Source: Blasia pusilla (lineage: Eukaryota). From it: 64,000 nt of DNA. Below are positions 13,445 to 26,827 of this stretch, piece after piece. The DNA lies in the NCBI GenBank assembly GCA_050084515.1, contig CM114271.1:19964001-20028000 (forward strand). The letters are read 5' to 3'. The position numbers were made by a program, and so were the translations under genes. Below the pieces are notes generated by a model. That model did not search any database. It was not told the DNA's origin and worked only from the letters and a program-made list of their open reading frames with translations. Numbering within the stretch: the first letter of the stretch is position 1; every line of letters starts with the position of its first letter.

Positions 13445-16400
13445 ACTGTCATGCGCATACACATCGCTATACAACATACATCGCTGTCACCGAACACACA
13501 CACAAACATGCACGATCCCATGCTAACTCACGGCATCCAAACAATGAGACAAGAAGTACCAAAATATCTCAAATCGCCCCCCTAGCTGGTGGTTAGGTCC
13601 CTCTAACTCCAGATCGTCATCTATCCCTACCTACCATAACATACATCTCTAGGACGCTAAAAGCAGAAAGACCGGGTGCTCATGTGGCCCCATCGTTAGT
13701 CGCCTTATTGTCATCCATATCACAAACACAAGTTGAAATGTAGAACTACCTACTCTATGTACATCTGGGACACATCCATCATCCCGGAGGAACCTTAATG
13801 AGAGGTGACGTCAAACATGCCATGTGCCATCCTCTCGAACACCCATCACAGACTAGCATAGTGGCTCCACCACGGACGGAACCACACAACATACACCGCA
13901 AGCCTACATGAACTGTTGCTAAGCTCGGATCAACTGTACCATCAATGTTAGGAAGGTGACATGGCGCACATGGTCCTTCCATACCATACCATCGCATCCC
14001 TCCAGCAAGAGAACACCAGATGGCAAAAAGTCATGCACTCTCAGGATAGTGTGCCCTGCAGTCACATCCAACGTCATTGGTGTCGTCTGTTGAAAGTAGA
14101 CATAATCTCCCTGATGAAATCTCCGGATAGTTGGTCGATAACCACCACCCCAAATAGTCGCATACCTCAAGGTATCCTGATGTTGCGCAATCGCCAAGTT
14201 CTCGAACGCCATGGGCATCACTCTCCGAAACAACTCAGCCCTCTGAGAACATGCTCGCATCCATACATCTGGGTCATCAAGGTCCAACATCTCACCAGCA
14301 TCCCGACGAATGGCCGTAGGTAAATGTGGCTCCCGGCCATAAAGTAGCAAGTACGGTGAAAAAGATGCTAAGGATGCCTGTTTGATGAATCTGTATCCCA
14401 ATGCCAACCATGGAAATTGGAGGTCCCAATATCCCAGGTGACCTCTCTACAAGCCATACTTGCGTAAACCCCTCTTCACCGTATGCATAACTCTCTCCAT
14501 TAATCCATTCATCTCGGGATGATCTCGCGAAGTCATGCGGTGGTTGTTTAGTGTCTGATCACATAAGGCATGGAACTCACCACAAAACTCGGTACCCTGG
14601 TCTCTCAACACCTTAGCCGATGCGCCGTAATAACTCAACACTCAATCTAGGAAGGCATACGCTATTCCCTCACTCGCTTTGTCAGGCAATGCAACCAACT
14701 CCATCAACTTCGAGAAGTGCTCAACCATCACCAACACATAACGACTGTGACGCTCCGTCAAAGGCAATGGTCCTGCAAGATCCAAATTCCATCTATACCC
14801 TAAGCCCATGATCGGCAGTGGATGCAATTGTGGAGTCTGAGCATTGAACGATGCTCGGATCCGATCACACACCATGAACCTGACAACAAACTGTTGAACG
14901 TCAATCTACATGCCTCGCCAACAATACTGAATCTAGAGCAAGCTGTACGTCCGCTTCACCCCAAAGTGACCCTACTCCTCGTGAGCATGCTGCACTAGTC
15001 GTGCTTTCTGCAAAGGATGTGGTACTACGTGTACTCCACCATCCTCCCAAACCCTCAAAATATGTGTCCCCTCCCAACGGAACCGTCTGGCCCGCTGTAG
15101 GATCCGATCCCGCTCTCTAGCATCCAAGGTGCTCGCAACGCTGCCAATACGAAGGTACTCTAAGACTACTCCATCATCATGAATATCTCGGCCACCTGTC
15201 AACTCCTCACTGGCCTCGGGATCCAAGGACTCTCCACTCGACCTCGCCATCGACGTCTCCAAACTCTGGCTCTCCATAGCCAACATGCCTAAATAGGCTG
15301 ACGCGTGCCATCCTGGCACTAACTCCTCATCACTCTATCCATGCCATCGAGCTCCAGTCACATCTTGCTGACTCGGGCATGGGTTACGACTCAACCCATC
15401 TACATCTTGGTTGAGCATCTCAGGTCTATGTACCACCTGAAAATCATACTCCTGCAACAAGAGAGCCCATCTCGCAAGCTTCCCTGTAAGCTTGTCGAAC
15501 TGCATCAACCACTTTAGTGCTTGATGATCAGTGATGATGGTAAAGGGGTTGCTGAATAAGTAACACTTGAAATGCGCGACATCCCACATTGCCGCCAAGC
15601 ACTCACCCTCATACAAGTTGTACTTCGCCTCTACAACGTTGTTCAAGCGGCTAGCATAAGCCACCACAAACTCTCTACCCTCATCATCATGCTGGGAGAG
15701 CACCGCTCCAAGCCCCAACATGCTCCAATGTGTGTGCAAGTGGAAAGGACGCCCCCTGATCGGTCTCCTCAAGATGGGCGTGGACGTCAACGTGTCCTTG
15801 AGCAACTGAAATGCTCGCTCCTGCTCATCCCCCCCAGTGCCACTCGTGATCCACCTTGGACCACAAGGTTAGCGGCTTTGCAATCGAACCGAATCCCTTC
15901 ACGTACCGCCGGTAGAAGTTTGCCAATCCCATGAATGCGCGAACACGGCTCACATCTGTAGGGCGTGGAATGCATGAGATAGCCTCTACCTTCGTCTCTT
16001 GAACACCAAGGCCCCTTGGGTATATCGTATGACCCAAGTACTTAATCTTGTTGTAGAAGAACTTGCACTTGCCTCGATGTAGCTTCAGCCCATGTAATTG
16101 CAATTGTCGAAACACCTCCTCTAGATGTCGCTCATGCACCTCAACCGTGGCGCTAAAGACTACGATGTCATCAATATAGCACTTGGAAAAATCCAGACAA
16201 GCCAAGATCCTATCCATAACCCTCTGAAACTTAGTCGCGGCATTTTTTAACCCAAACGGTAAGAACCGCCATTGGTACAAACAATCCTTCCTGTGAGGAT
16301 CGATGCCCCAAAATGCCCTCTTCTGCCTATCCTCCAATCTAATAGGCAGCTGATGGTATCCAGCTCGCAAATCCAACAAACTGAAGACCTTTGCGTGACC

Positions 16401-17311
16401 AATCGCATCAAAGATCTCCTCAAGGGTGGGCATGGCATACCTATCGGACTTCGTCTGTCGATTGATAGGTCGGTAATCCCCACACATCCGACTATCCGTC
16501 CAGTTGCCATGCATATCCTTCTTGGCGGGTATGATAATGGCAGATGCATACTCCCCATGCGACATCTCCACTAGTCCTGCTCCGACCAAGTTCTGGCTCC
16601 TACTTTGAATCAACGCCCTCTCCATATCACTATACCTATAAGGTCGTCGGAAGATCGGCGGATCACTCGACAACTCAATGCGGATCCCCAGTCCCTTCAA
16701 CGTACTAAACCGGATACATAAGTTCCTCAGGAGTTCTAAGAGTTGCATGCTAAACGCAAAGCAGCTCCTATAACTCCTGAGGAACTGATGTATCTAGCGT
16801 CGCTCTCCTCCTGTCAACTTAGGGCCCATATATGGCTCCCAAGTCTCCATCGTGACTACGATAGGACTCTCCGGCGCGGGTATCGGTGGTTGCTATGATG
16901 CAACCCCGTCTCAAACAACAACACTTGCCCGCTCCCTAGCAACCAAGTGCAAACTCTTATCTCCTCACGTGCAGTGCATGGAACCACGCTCGATGTTGTG
17001 GCTATCATCTCCTGGCGTACCTGCAAAACATCCCAAGAAGTCCAAGGGTGTCTCTCCTAATCTCCCCTTGTGTGGAGATCTCCTCGGGTCTCGCCCCCAG
17101 CCACTGCCTCCACCATCTTGGTAGGCATGGGGCTCACCAACGCAATCAATGTGATATGTCGAGATCTCATATGGCGTTGCTCAGCCACTTCCAAGTTGAG
17201 GATCCATGTCAAGCAATTCAAGTCCATTGCTTGACCCAAGACATGACGTCGTGATGCCTCTAACACTGACGATACTGCCGTCACTCTTGTGGGAAATCCC
17301 ATCGGTCGCTC
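12804..17311 (-). mobile_element. Ty3/gypsy LTR retrotransposon fragment C (DNMT motifs IX-X, RT, RNaseH, INT, PHD, PPT, LTR), decayed
   Basis: ERPMGFPTRVT..SRRHVLGQAMDLN (17190-17311). RT ORF 15825-16748 with YIDDI. RNaseH 15335-15805. Integrase 13950-15000. PHD CMLC..CDGC..WH..C..WMCPRC (13755-13905). G-tract at 13577-13584. Confidence 0.93.
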
Positions 17312-19907
17312 TATCATGACCATACGGATTATGTCGTAGAGTATAGTGTGCTAGTAGAGGCCATAACTTATGTAGGGCCGTAGTGTCTAGGTAGAGATGC
17401 GGTTTCATACATAGGGTTGGGGGTTACTCAGTTGAGGGTGACTTTTCCAGTAGGGCCCGCTCTTAGGTTGGAGGATATAGTGTGGAGTGCACTCAAAGAA
17501 CAGTTAGTTCTTTGAGTTGAGCCTGTTGCGTTGGGAGTTAGCCTTGGTAGTGAGTAGAGCTATTGGCTATGGTGGTTCCCGCAAGCTTCGACCTGGATTC
17601 TCCCATCGTATAGTGGGTTTGGCTCGATTGTAGGTGATTCTATACGTGTTTTATGAAAGTAGGTCTTTCACGGATTTCACTCAAAGAACTAGAGTAGATC
17701 AATGGTAGCTTCGATTGTGGATCACTAGGATCTGGTTAGGGTTGATTGTGTATTCAGCCGTGGATATTCGTGGCTTGTGGCCTATGTTGGATGTGGGAAT
17801 CTAGTGCATGGTTGGTTGGAAAAGAAGCGCCTTGCTGAGAGCTTTCCAACGCGGTTTAGATCACCGGATTTCGTCAAGGGAGTTGGAAGTTATCAAGGAT
17901 TGAAGATTCTGGTTCGTGTCCGACGATTTTCTTATGTGGAGAGCTTGGAGTGCGGAAGCTCTGTTGAAGTTCATCCAGATTGGATGAGAGGTTCTTGTTG
18001 CTACTTGTATTGTGATCTCATATGAAGCTATATGCTTGAGTGTGTGGAGCGTTGCGGATTTCTACGTCCATGAATCTAGGCGAAAGCGCTGTCGGATTTG
18101 CGATTATGGAGGTGTATGGACAACAAGTTTGTCTGATTTTTAGCTCAAAGTACACAGCTCGGTTGTAGCTGATTTTTTGTGGAGAGATAGGTATGGTGGT
18201 CAATTGAATTCTGGTTGAAACAGATTCAATTGTTTTTATCAGAGGGGCTGGTTGGTTGGTGATTCGTCTGTTGTTGGAGACGCCTATCCCATTGGGGGCG
18301 CCCTAGTTGGGCCTCTGTCCATAGCGAAGAATGGCAAACGGGGCATATCTCAAGCATTTATCGGCGTTTTGAGGCTTCGAGGCAGCTTGTGGCAGCTCGG
18401 GGCGAGTGGGCGTGAGAGGCGGAGTAAGGAGCAAGGAGCAAGGAGCAAGCAAGCAATTTTTGCAGGATTTGTGATTTGAGTGTTGCATAACTGGTCACCC
18501 ATCTTTGGGCTATTCTGCCTAGAAGACGCTTAACTATTGAGTTCTTAACTATGCCAGTGTATACACTGGTGTAGCTCATTTGGTGTTGTTCAGAGATGTG
18601 TTAGGCGCTTTATGCATCTCAGGTTTTTGGTTGATGGACCTCTAGCGCATAGTATGGTGTAGCCTCTCCATGGAGGTGATATTTTCAGACTAGCACGTCA
18701 TCGACCCGCGGCGGAGTAGCTATTGCGTTAGAATTGTGTGGTGGGTTCTATGGATTCAGGGGGCGCCACGTTTGGTGGATTGTGTTACCTTGATTTACAT
18801 TTGCGATTTGAGGGTTATCGTTGGACTTCCTATGTTTGGATCCCCTCCATCGTTGCTTCTTGCTTGCGCGCCCATTGTTAGGGTTGACGTTGATTTCCAG
18901 AGTAGTGTTACTCATGTGTGCTACCGGTAGTGAGATTGGAGTGATGACCAGTAGACCGTGGGAGGCTTCTTGTGGTGATGATAGGTTAGGTTGCCTACAC
19001 CTATAGCTAGTAGAGCTAGAATAGTACAGTGACATCGACGTCACTTGGTTACTTAGTGGTGGTAATTTGGTGGTGGTGCGGCATCGACGTTGGTCATCAC
19101 GGAGTTTTCTGGTGGTCTGGTTGGGGACCGTGGTGCGGACAGTGGTGGTTTTACACGGAGTGGATTGAGGTATCGGCTACCTTTCCACTTCTGACGGTTA
19201 ATGAAGAGGAGGACGAGGATGTTCCAAACACCGAGTCTTCTATGTTGTTATTGAGTGTTGCAGCTCCATTGATTTGGGACATGGACGGGATATATGGGGT
19301 CATGAAGGGCCCACGACGATACTCGGATGCAGTGGGCACCCTTGAGTTGGAGGACTTCATGCAGGAGTTTGATACGTGGTGTGATACGCAGATGTTGCGG
19401 AATGCCACGTTGTTTACACCCTTCTTGGCTTTGAAGGGGTTGTTTCAGCATTTGGAGGGACCACCCATGGATGATTACCATGAGTTTAGGAAGGACCATG
19501 TTGCTAAGATTGAGGCGTGGAGACAATATTGGTCTCCAGGCTATGTGTCTATTATCCATGGTGGTATTGGTAGTAGTGCTCCTACTATGCCAGCCGGCCC
19601 GACGTTGAGTGGAGGTACCCATGGGGGTACTAGTGGAGGTACTAGTGCCCCACCATCGTTCAACCCGATTGCAAAGTTCTTCAAGAGGTTGAAGAAGAAC
19701 TATCAGGGAGTGAAGATAGAGAAGTTGAGGAGTCTTCAGGAATTTGAGCGAAAGACTGGTGAGAGTCTTCGTGAGGCATACATTCGTATGCCACGCTTGA
19801 TTTCAGTTACCCATGGTGGGATTGAGGCTCAGGCAGTCCAGTTTTGGTATGGGATCTTGGATAGAGAGTTGCGCCGCAGGGTACGTGATACTACTCTTTT
19901 GAGTTAG
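17312..19907 (+). mobile_element. Ty3/gypsy fragment D: 5' terminus/leader and Gag N-terminal half
   Basis: Begins tatcatgacc (decayed TGTCA terminus) directly against copy C. ORF 19029-19907 has a retrotransposon-gag-like segment (FFKRLKKNYQG..LQEFERKTGESLREAYIRMPRL..AVQFWYGILDRELRRRV) and stops abruptly before an A-run. Confidence 0.75.
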
Positions 19908-20249
19908 CCAAAAAAAAAATGTGCGCAAAGAAGATTCAAGTATTTAGCTTTATCACAATATTGTTCTTTAGATCGTTCAGTTTTCATATCTTCGTTTAAA
20001 TATTTCTAACTAGATGCTTTTCATCCTTTCTTGCAAGCAACCTTCTTCATTCGCAATGATTATCACCTTACCACCACTACCATGACAATCACTACATATG
20101 GTTGATTTACAATTGCTTTGCTCACATGTTATTATAAACATCCAATGTGCCAATTTTGTTCTTTTTAGATTGAAGAGATTCTCCATTGCATACTTTTCAA
20201 TACAATTTCATTGCACTTATGATGATCAATATCAATTCTCAAGATTTTC

Positions 20250-21031
20250 AAAGCTCTTGTCCACACTCTGATAACAACTTTTTTTCCTACTATTTACGTA
20301 TACTTTACAATGATATGTTCTTCATTGCAACACTCAACAATCACTGTGTTTCTTCACACTATCCATAATATCTACCGTTTGTCCTGTCAGTCCTTATTGT
20401 TTCATGCCCTTTACTCCTTTATTCCATACTAAATGTTCATTTTGAGTATACTCTTGCAGATTAGAATAAGGGTTCCCTATCGTCATCCTCCCTTCAATCA
20501 ACATGGAGATGAAGAAACACAACTGCAAGGTAGTAGCACTGCCAATGGTAATCCAAAAGTCCTTCCATCTTCTCAAGACTCACATGTTCCACTTCACGTC
20601 TACACCACACTCCTTGAGAACCTGGACAAACTTCAGGACTAGAACACTGCTCGGAGTTCAAGTGTCAATGCACTATCTTCCAAGATTCGGAAGTTGTAGT
20701 GGCATCCATTTAGTATGGAGTAAAGGAGTAAAGGAAGCATGAAATGGAACAACAAGGACTGACAGGACAAACGGTAGATAAGATGGATAGTATGAAGAAA
20801 CAATGTGATTGTTGAGTGTTGCAATGAAGAACATGTCATTGTAAAGTATATGTTAATAGTAGAAAAAATTTGGAAATTTGTTATCATAGTGTGGACAAGA
20901 GCTTTTGTGTCCAATGTGTCTTTGATGAAGTCCTTGAAGGACTCAAAAGCATTACCAGATTTGTGTTGTAAGTGTCCACTGTTGATTTGACTGTTAACTG
21001 CCACTACAACTTCCCGAATCTTGGAAGATAG
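20250..21031. repeat. Overlapping inverted repeats (foldback)
   Basis: Arms 20250-20435 and 20707-20905 are reverse complements. A second pair is at 20673-20704 and 20999-21031. Confidence 0.85.
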
Positions 21032-21429
21032 ACTACTTTGCTTTGTAAGTGTCTACTATTTTTTACATCTACTTCTTTGCACACACATTTCTTACCTCTA
21101 TACAATCGCTTGCTGAATCAAGCCAATCAACCCTTTCGGCACTCTAAATACATGTTATTGGTTCACCAAAATCTCCTTTCAATATATAGTAGCCATTTCT
21201 CCAAGTTTTTTTCCGTGTGTTTTATGTATTTACTTCAGTTTTTTACAAGTATAATTTACTTCCTACTATATGAATTCATCATATATTACATTGTATTAAT
21301 CATTCATCTCCTTCTTGGTTTTTCTTGCTTCTCTCATATTTCCATGATTGCCATGAAATAGTAATATATCCACTTTATTATAAAATAAACTTCGAAAGAG
21401 GACAAAGAAAGGTAATAATATCTCAAAAG

Positions 21430-24400
21430 AGGAGTAAAAAATGCATAAAATAATGCAAAAAGAAAATGGCAACAAGCCAACGCAAACACCGGCTCAATGA
21501 GCTACACGATTGATAGCTTGAAACAAATCTCACAAGAACATGAGTGGTTGGTCAGACGTGAATGGACGACGAGGCGAGCGACCCCCCACCACCTCCGCAC
21601 GACGTATCAATGCCAAGGCTTGTGCACGTTGTAAGGCCACTGAGATGCATTGCCAAAAATAAGTAGTAACTACCGAGAGAGAAAGACTACGGGAAGGGGC
21701 AAGGTGATGATTCTCGAGGGAGTGGTGAGCACATGTTTTCAGGAAAGTATCAAAAGACATATGTAAATGATCGAATACTTCCACTGCAACAGGAATAAAT
21801 CCATCAGTCGTATGTCTCACAGCATAACTTAACTCCTTGATTCTTGCTGCAGCTTCGGCCGCCAAACCTTTGGTATGTGCGGCTCGACACACCAAATCAG
21901 AACGTGTTGGATCAGCAATCCCTACATCATCTAGTGTCCAAAATCCACCTCGAGACATAACAAGATCCATTCTCCGACGAGAGGTTGCTTGTGTGGTTGA
22001 AGGTAGGACATGGAGTTACTCTTGCCCAACGGTGTATCCTGCAGTACGAGCCACCGATGCTACCGCCTCTCTAATGACATCATGTGTGGCCATTTTTTCT
22101 CCACCATGTGCACATCGGAGAATATGGATACCCTTGGCATCAATGGGATCCCCGCATACACAATTCGGCACACCTAAGAGAGAAGGATGGGGAAGTCCAA
22201 GATGTAACCGCAAAGCTGTCGAGAATATACTTTGAGGAAGACGAAATGGAAGAATAAGAGGATTTGCAGTAAGCCACGCCCCCTCCGGTATCCGCACATG
22301 AACGCAGACGAGCTCGATTAGCGTCGGAGGATGCCTCGGAGAGAATGTTGGAAAAGTTGATTTGATGCAAATTCTCGGAGATATGCTCTTGAAGTCGATC
22401 AAGCCCTTTCGTAATCAGTTGACTGAAAGGGGGTAGAATTGCTTGTGTAGCAAGAGGAAGAAGAGCTCGTGCAGATCTTAGTTGTTGTTGAAATAACAAG
22501 TCCCCCTCCTCTACATGGGCGATACGATCCATCAAGATAGGTGTATCTCCTTGGAGAAACCTTGAAGCCATAATTAGTGCTACCAACTCCCAACTCCCCA
22601 AAAAGGTTGCGGGAGCAGATGCGACTGTAGAGGACAGTCCCACCCCTCCAAAAGAAATAGGCAAGATAGCTTGTCGAGAAGCAAAGATACCATCCTCTCC
22701 CTCAAAGGTATTTGGGCCAAGAAGTTGACCAAAAGTTGCCAAGATAGAAGCATCAAAAGAGGCCAACCGATGTAAGAACCTTGAAGTGGGAGGACAAGTG
22801 CGAAGAAGGTAGGAAGGACGTCGTAGAAAACATTGGGAGAGAATCCCATAAGCCACTTGGGGATCCCCAAGATGAGGTAACAAATGAAGCCATTCCACGT
22901 CTTTCAAAAGGGCCTGATCCAAGAACTTTAAGACATAGTCCATGAAGCCAATTGGGACCCCAAGAACTCTAACCCCTTCAATGTAGATGGGAAAATCAGG
23001 AGTAGGTGGGGTGAATATTGAGGGAAGGCATGAAGGAGACCATACTCCATATTTACTAGGTTGGACTTTAAGGTTCAAGAAAGAGAGTTGCTCCACGAAA
23101 TGGGTCTAAGCAGGAACCACTTCAGAAGGAGGACTTTTAATGTGAGTGTCATCAACAATAGAAGGGAAAAGGCAAGATGGAAATGCTTGCGCTGATGCTC
23201 GAAGGGCACGAAAATGGGCAATGGCAAAGAGTGGGCCCCCATGGGATCACCTTGACGTGTGCCACAAGCTGATTGTAGAATACTATATTCCCCAGAAGTA
23301 GCATGATGGGAATAGATAATGGGCGTATCATAGGCAGAGAAGGAGCGAACAAATGGAATGAGGCTTGCAAGTTGTCCTCATGCACAACGTAACTCCTCAA
23401 AGATGGTCGCACGAGAAACTGAATTGAATGCGTTAGCCACATCGACTTGAATTGCTATCCAATCTGGATGAATATCAAGAGTGGAGCGAATCCCATGCAC
23501 CACAGCCTCACAACCTCCAGGAGTTGCCACTCCAAATTGATGAGGAAATAAGTGGGCACTAAAGTGAGGACGAAATTGCAAGCATAGGGATTGACTAACC
23601 AAGCAATATAAAACCTCTCCAATAGCCAAAGGGCGCACACCTGAAGGAGGCTTATCCATAGCCAACAAACGACAAGCCCCTAAGAGCCTAGAGATAGAGA
23701 ATGGGAGACGACCTGCCGCCATATGTGCACACACCTTATATAGAGAGACAAAGCCACTTGCTGAATCTGCTGGGATAAAGCAATCGCGAAGATGCTAAAA
23801 AACCATGCCTGATAGTCCGCTTGCTGATAAGCGAGGAGTATGCAGAAAAGCCCTCGTGAAAACCTCCAAGTCAAGCTCGAAGTCAAGGTCAGTTGTATAG
23901 TCTTCCACAAAAGATGGAGCACCGTCACTTGAAGGAGGATGAAGAGCTTCTCAGAGAGCCAATGTTTCCGCACTTGGAACCGCCGGAGAAAGAGGACCCA
24001 ATGCTCAAGCTGCACGTGAAAACTCACCAACCTGCCCCAAAAGTAGACTTTATCGAAGGCGTTGTTGCATTGACGGCCTCCCATGATTGGCATGTTGAGT
24101 GGGATGAGCGCGACTAAGGCCCTGCTTTCAAGTACATGCTCATTCTGAAGATTCTCCCAATCCCCAGACATAAAGCGTTGAATACGTGTGGAGGTTCCAT
24201 GATGACCCGTTGCACCACCCCTTGGAGGGAGGACTAAAACCCATTGTGGGAAGAGTAATAGGAGTTACCAAGCATTTATATCTGTGGGGTCACGCGCTAA
24301 CCTTTCTAATGGGAAAAGTAAAGCTTGTTGGATGATGGGGCGAAGAGCAATAGGAATGCGAGTGTATAGTCTAGGACGAGGAAGACCTGGATAGAAAGAG

Positions 24401-25500
24401 CGATGGAGATCAATTTGGCTTAACCAAGTCCAAGCAGTTGTTGTGGGGAGTGCAGTAAGAGGTGGTATCGGGTTAGGGATTGAAGGCCCATGCATGGATC
24501 GACAGTACCGCTGATGTCTTTTGATCCCATTAGGAGCAAACTCCTTACCACAAGGTATGCGACGAACCTTTGGTACAAATGGAGAAATAGAAGGGTTACA
24601 AGGAGAGGAGGTGGGAGGTGCAAGAGGTGGTGATGGCCGACGATGAGGGGGTAAGTAGGTTGGGGAAGGAGGAGGAGGAAGAGGGGAGATTCGGGTAGAA
24701 TAGATGGGAGTTGGAAGCAAGGGCATAGATGAGATGTGTGGGGATGGCAAAGTAGAAGGATTCGGTAATAATGGATCAAGATTAGGCTCAATAGGACAAG
24801 GCGAAGAAGGGAGAAGAGGAGAATCCGGAAGAAAAGTAGCGAGTGTAATGGGTGTATTAGCATCTGGAGGAAAATGGCGAGATCTATGATGAGGTGGTGA
24901 ACCAGGGGGAGAGGTTACAGTTGTAGGAGGGCGTGTAAAACCAGATAAGCGAGTAGATGGAGAATCCAACTCCATCTCTGATGACATAGAAGTAAAGGTA
25001 GGCAAGTCTTCGAAGACAAGAAAAGACATATGAAACGTGGTTTGGAGAAAGCATGAGGATAAGGAGCAAAGCAAAAGTAGTAGAATCCGTCCAAAAGAAA
25101 TTTAGATGGAGAGATGAAGATTAGGCAATACCGAATTTATGATTGAAAGTTACTATAAGAAAAATATAAAAAACAATTGAAAAGGAAAAGTGATGTATAT
25201 GGCATCGGAAGAGATGGCTCAAGAATATGAATTTCTAATGTCCTTAAGGAGATGGCAAACGTATGTAGGGGCGAAACAGTAAGGTAAGGAGTTGAAAGAG
25301 CAAGTAAGACATTTGGGAGGAATTGACCTAAAACAAACCCGTACACAAAAATAGGCGCCTACAGAGAAGGAAGAAAAACTAGAAAACCTACTTGATATCA
25401 AAAGAACGAGCTCGTCAAGACGATCGAAACAGGCCCAAACACGTCCAAAACCGACATTCCAGAAGAAAGTTATGAAAGAAATTAGAAACACAAAAAAAGG
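21430..25500 (-). mobile_element. CRE-type non-LTR retrotransposon with restriction-like endonuclease (near full-length, frameshifted)
   Basis: Pro-rich N-terminus and zinc finger CGKEFAPNGIKRHQRYC (~24500). RT motifs GVRPLAIGE, QFGVATPGG, DVANAFNSVSR, RQGDP, IVDD. CCHC knuckle CVCG..HILRC..H (~22080-22165). REL motif RRMDLV..DVGIADP..K..Y..FIPVAVEVF..ISVALQRAQA (21600-21980). Confidence 0.88.
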
Positions 25501-26827
25501 ATGTGAGGAGTAAGTGAGCCACCCACCAATGACCGCTATGAGGGAATGAGTTCGTAATGTTGGGCCCAGCCCGTATCAAAAGATCCAGAAAAGCAAAAGG
25601 AATCCCTTAAACCGGTGGTAACCTGGTATCACTCTAAAAGGAGAGCGCTATGTTTGAAATTGCGTGTAGGAATCTATGAGCACATTTAGGAGAGAAGGAG
25701 GTCCAAAGATCCCAAGAACTTTGGAAAACTCAATCTTAAGTGGAAAAAAGAAGAACCCAAAGTTCAAACTTGAGAAGATGAACACATTGGGCCTTAGATT
25801 GAAAAGATTGGATCACCATGGAAATAGTTAGAAGCAAAATTCTAGACGTCCCTCCATCTCCTCCTCCATGTCTCCTCCCCCATGTATTCATCAAGAATCT
25901 ACCAACTCATAAAATTCATATAGTCACACACAAGTTTTATTGCATTTACCTCCATTGCACTCTACTTTCTTTAAGCATACCTTTTATAACTAATTAAAAA
26001 AAAACCAATTATGGCCACACAAATAACCCACAACACTCTATACATGATGGTGCTTTAGCCCGGTTTCTTTTCAATCCCCAATATTCATATACTCCAAGAG
26101 TATACCTACACAATACAAATAATTCTTCTCCATAGCTTTCATAATTTAAAAATATTATTGTACCAACTCTCACTAAAGTGTAACAACCCATCTCTCAAAT
26201 TCACCCAAGTCACTTTTACCACCTAAATGTTTCTTTTTTCTCCAACACCTTTCCTAGATCTCTCCATATTATTTTAATAATTCAAAAAAATACCAAACTT
26301 TTATGACTCTAGTGGCCCACACTTGTTTTTACCAATGCCAAATTCTTTAAGTTTTTCCCGATGGAGATTCTCTAGTACTATCATCACTATCATGTAAGAT
26401 ATATTTTTAGTTGATTTAAAAAGAATATAAAACTTTCCCAACATAACTAATTATCCATGTGACATGTGTCGAACTTAGACTCGCTCCACCAATCAAGAGC
26501 TTATCCGCTCTTAGTAGCAGTGGAGATTATCTCTCCGCCGATATTAAGGACCCGGCCCGAGATATGAAGAGGTCGCCCGGTCCGCCGGAGCCGGGGGTTT
26601 ATCACCTAGGCGACTCCGTTAGGAGAGAGGTGGCCTGACTGACGTACTCCGTCAGTCGGGCCCCATCTGCATCCATACGGAGACGGCGTGAGCGGATGGA
26701 TGTGAATTGCTCAAGTGTATCCGGAACGGAACGAAGCGGAGGAGCACACTGCACAGGATAGAGGCAGAGGTGTGATTTTGGGACAGGGGTTTGGGATTTT
26801 GAGAGTTGAGTTGAGGAGGAATTTCTC

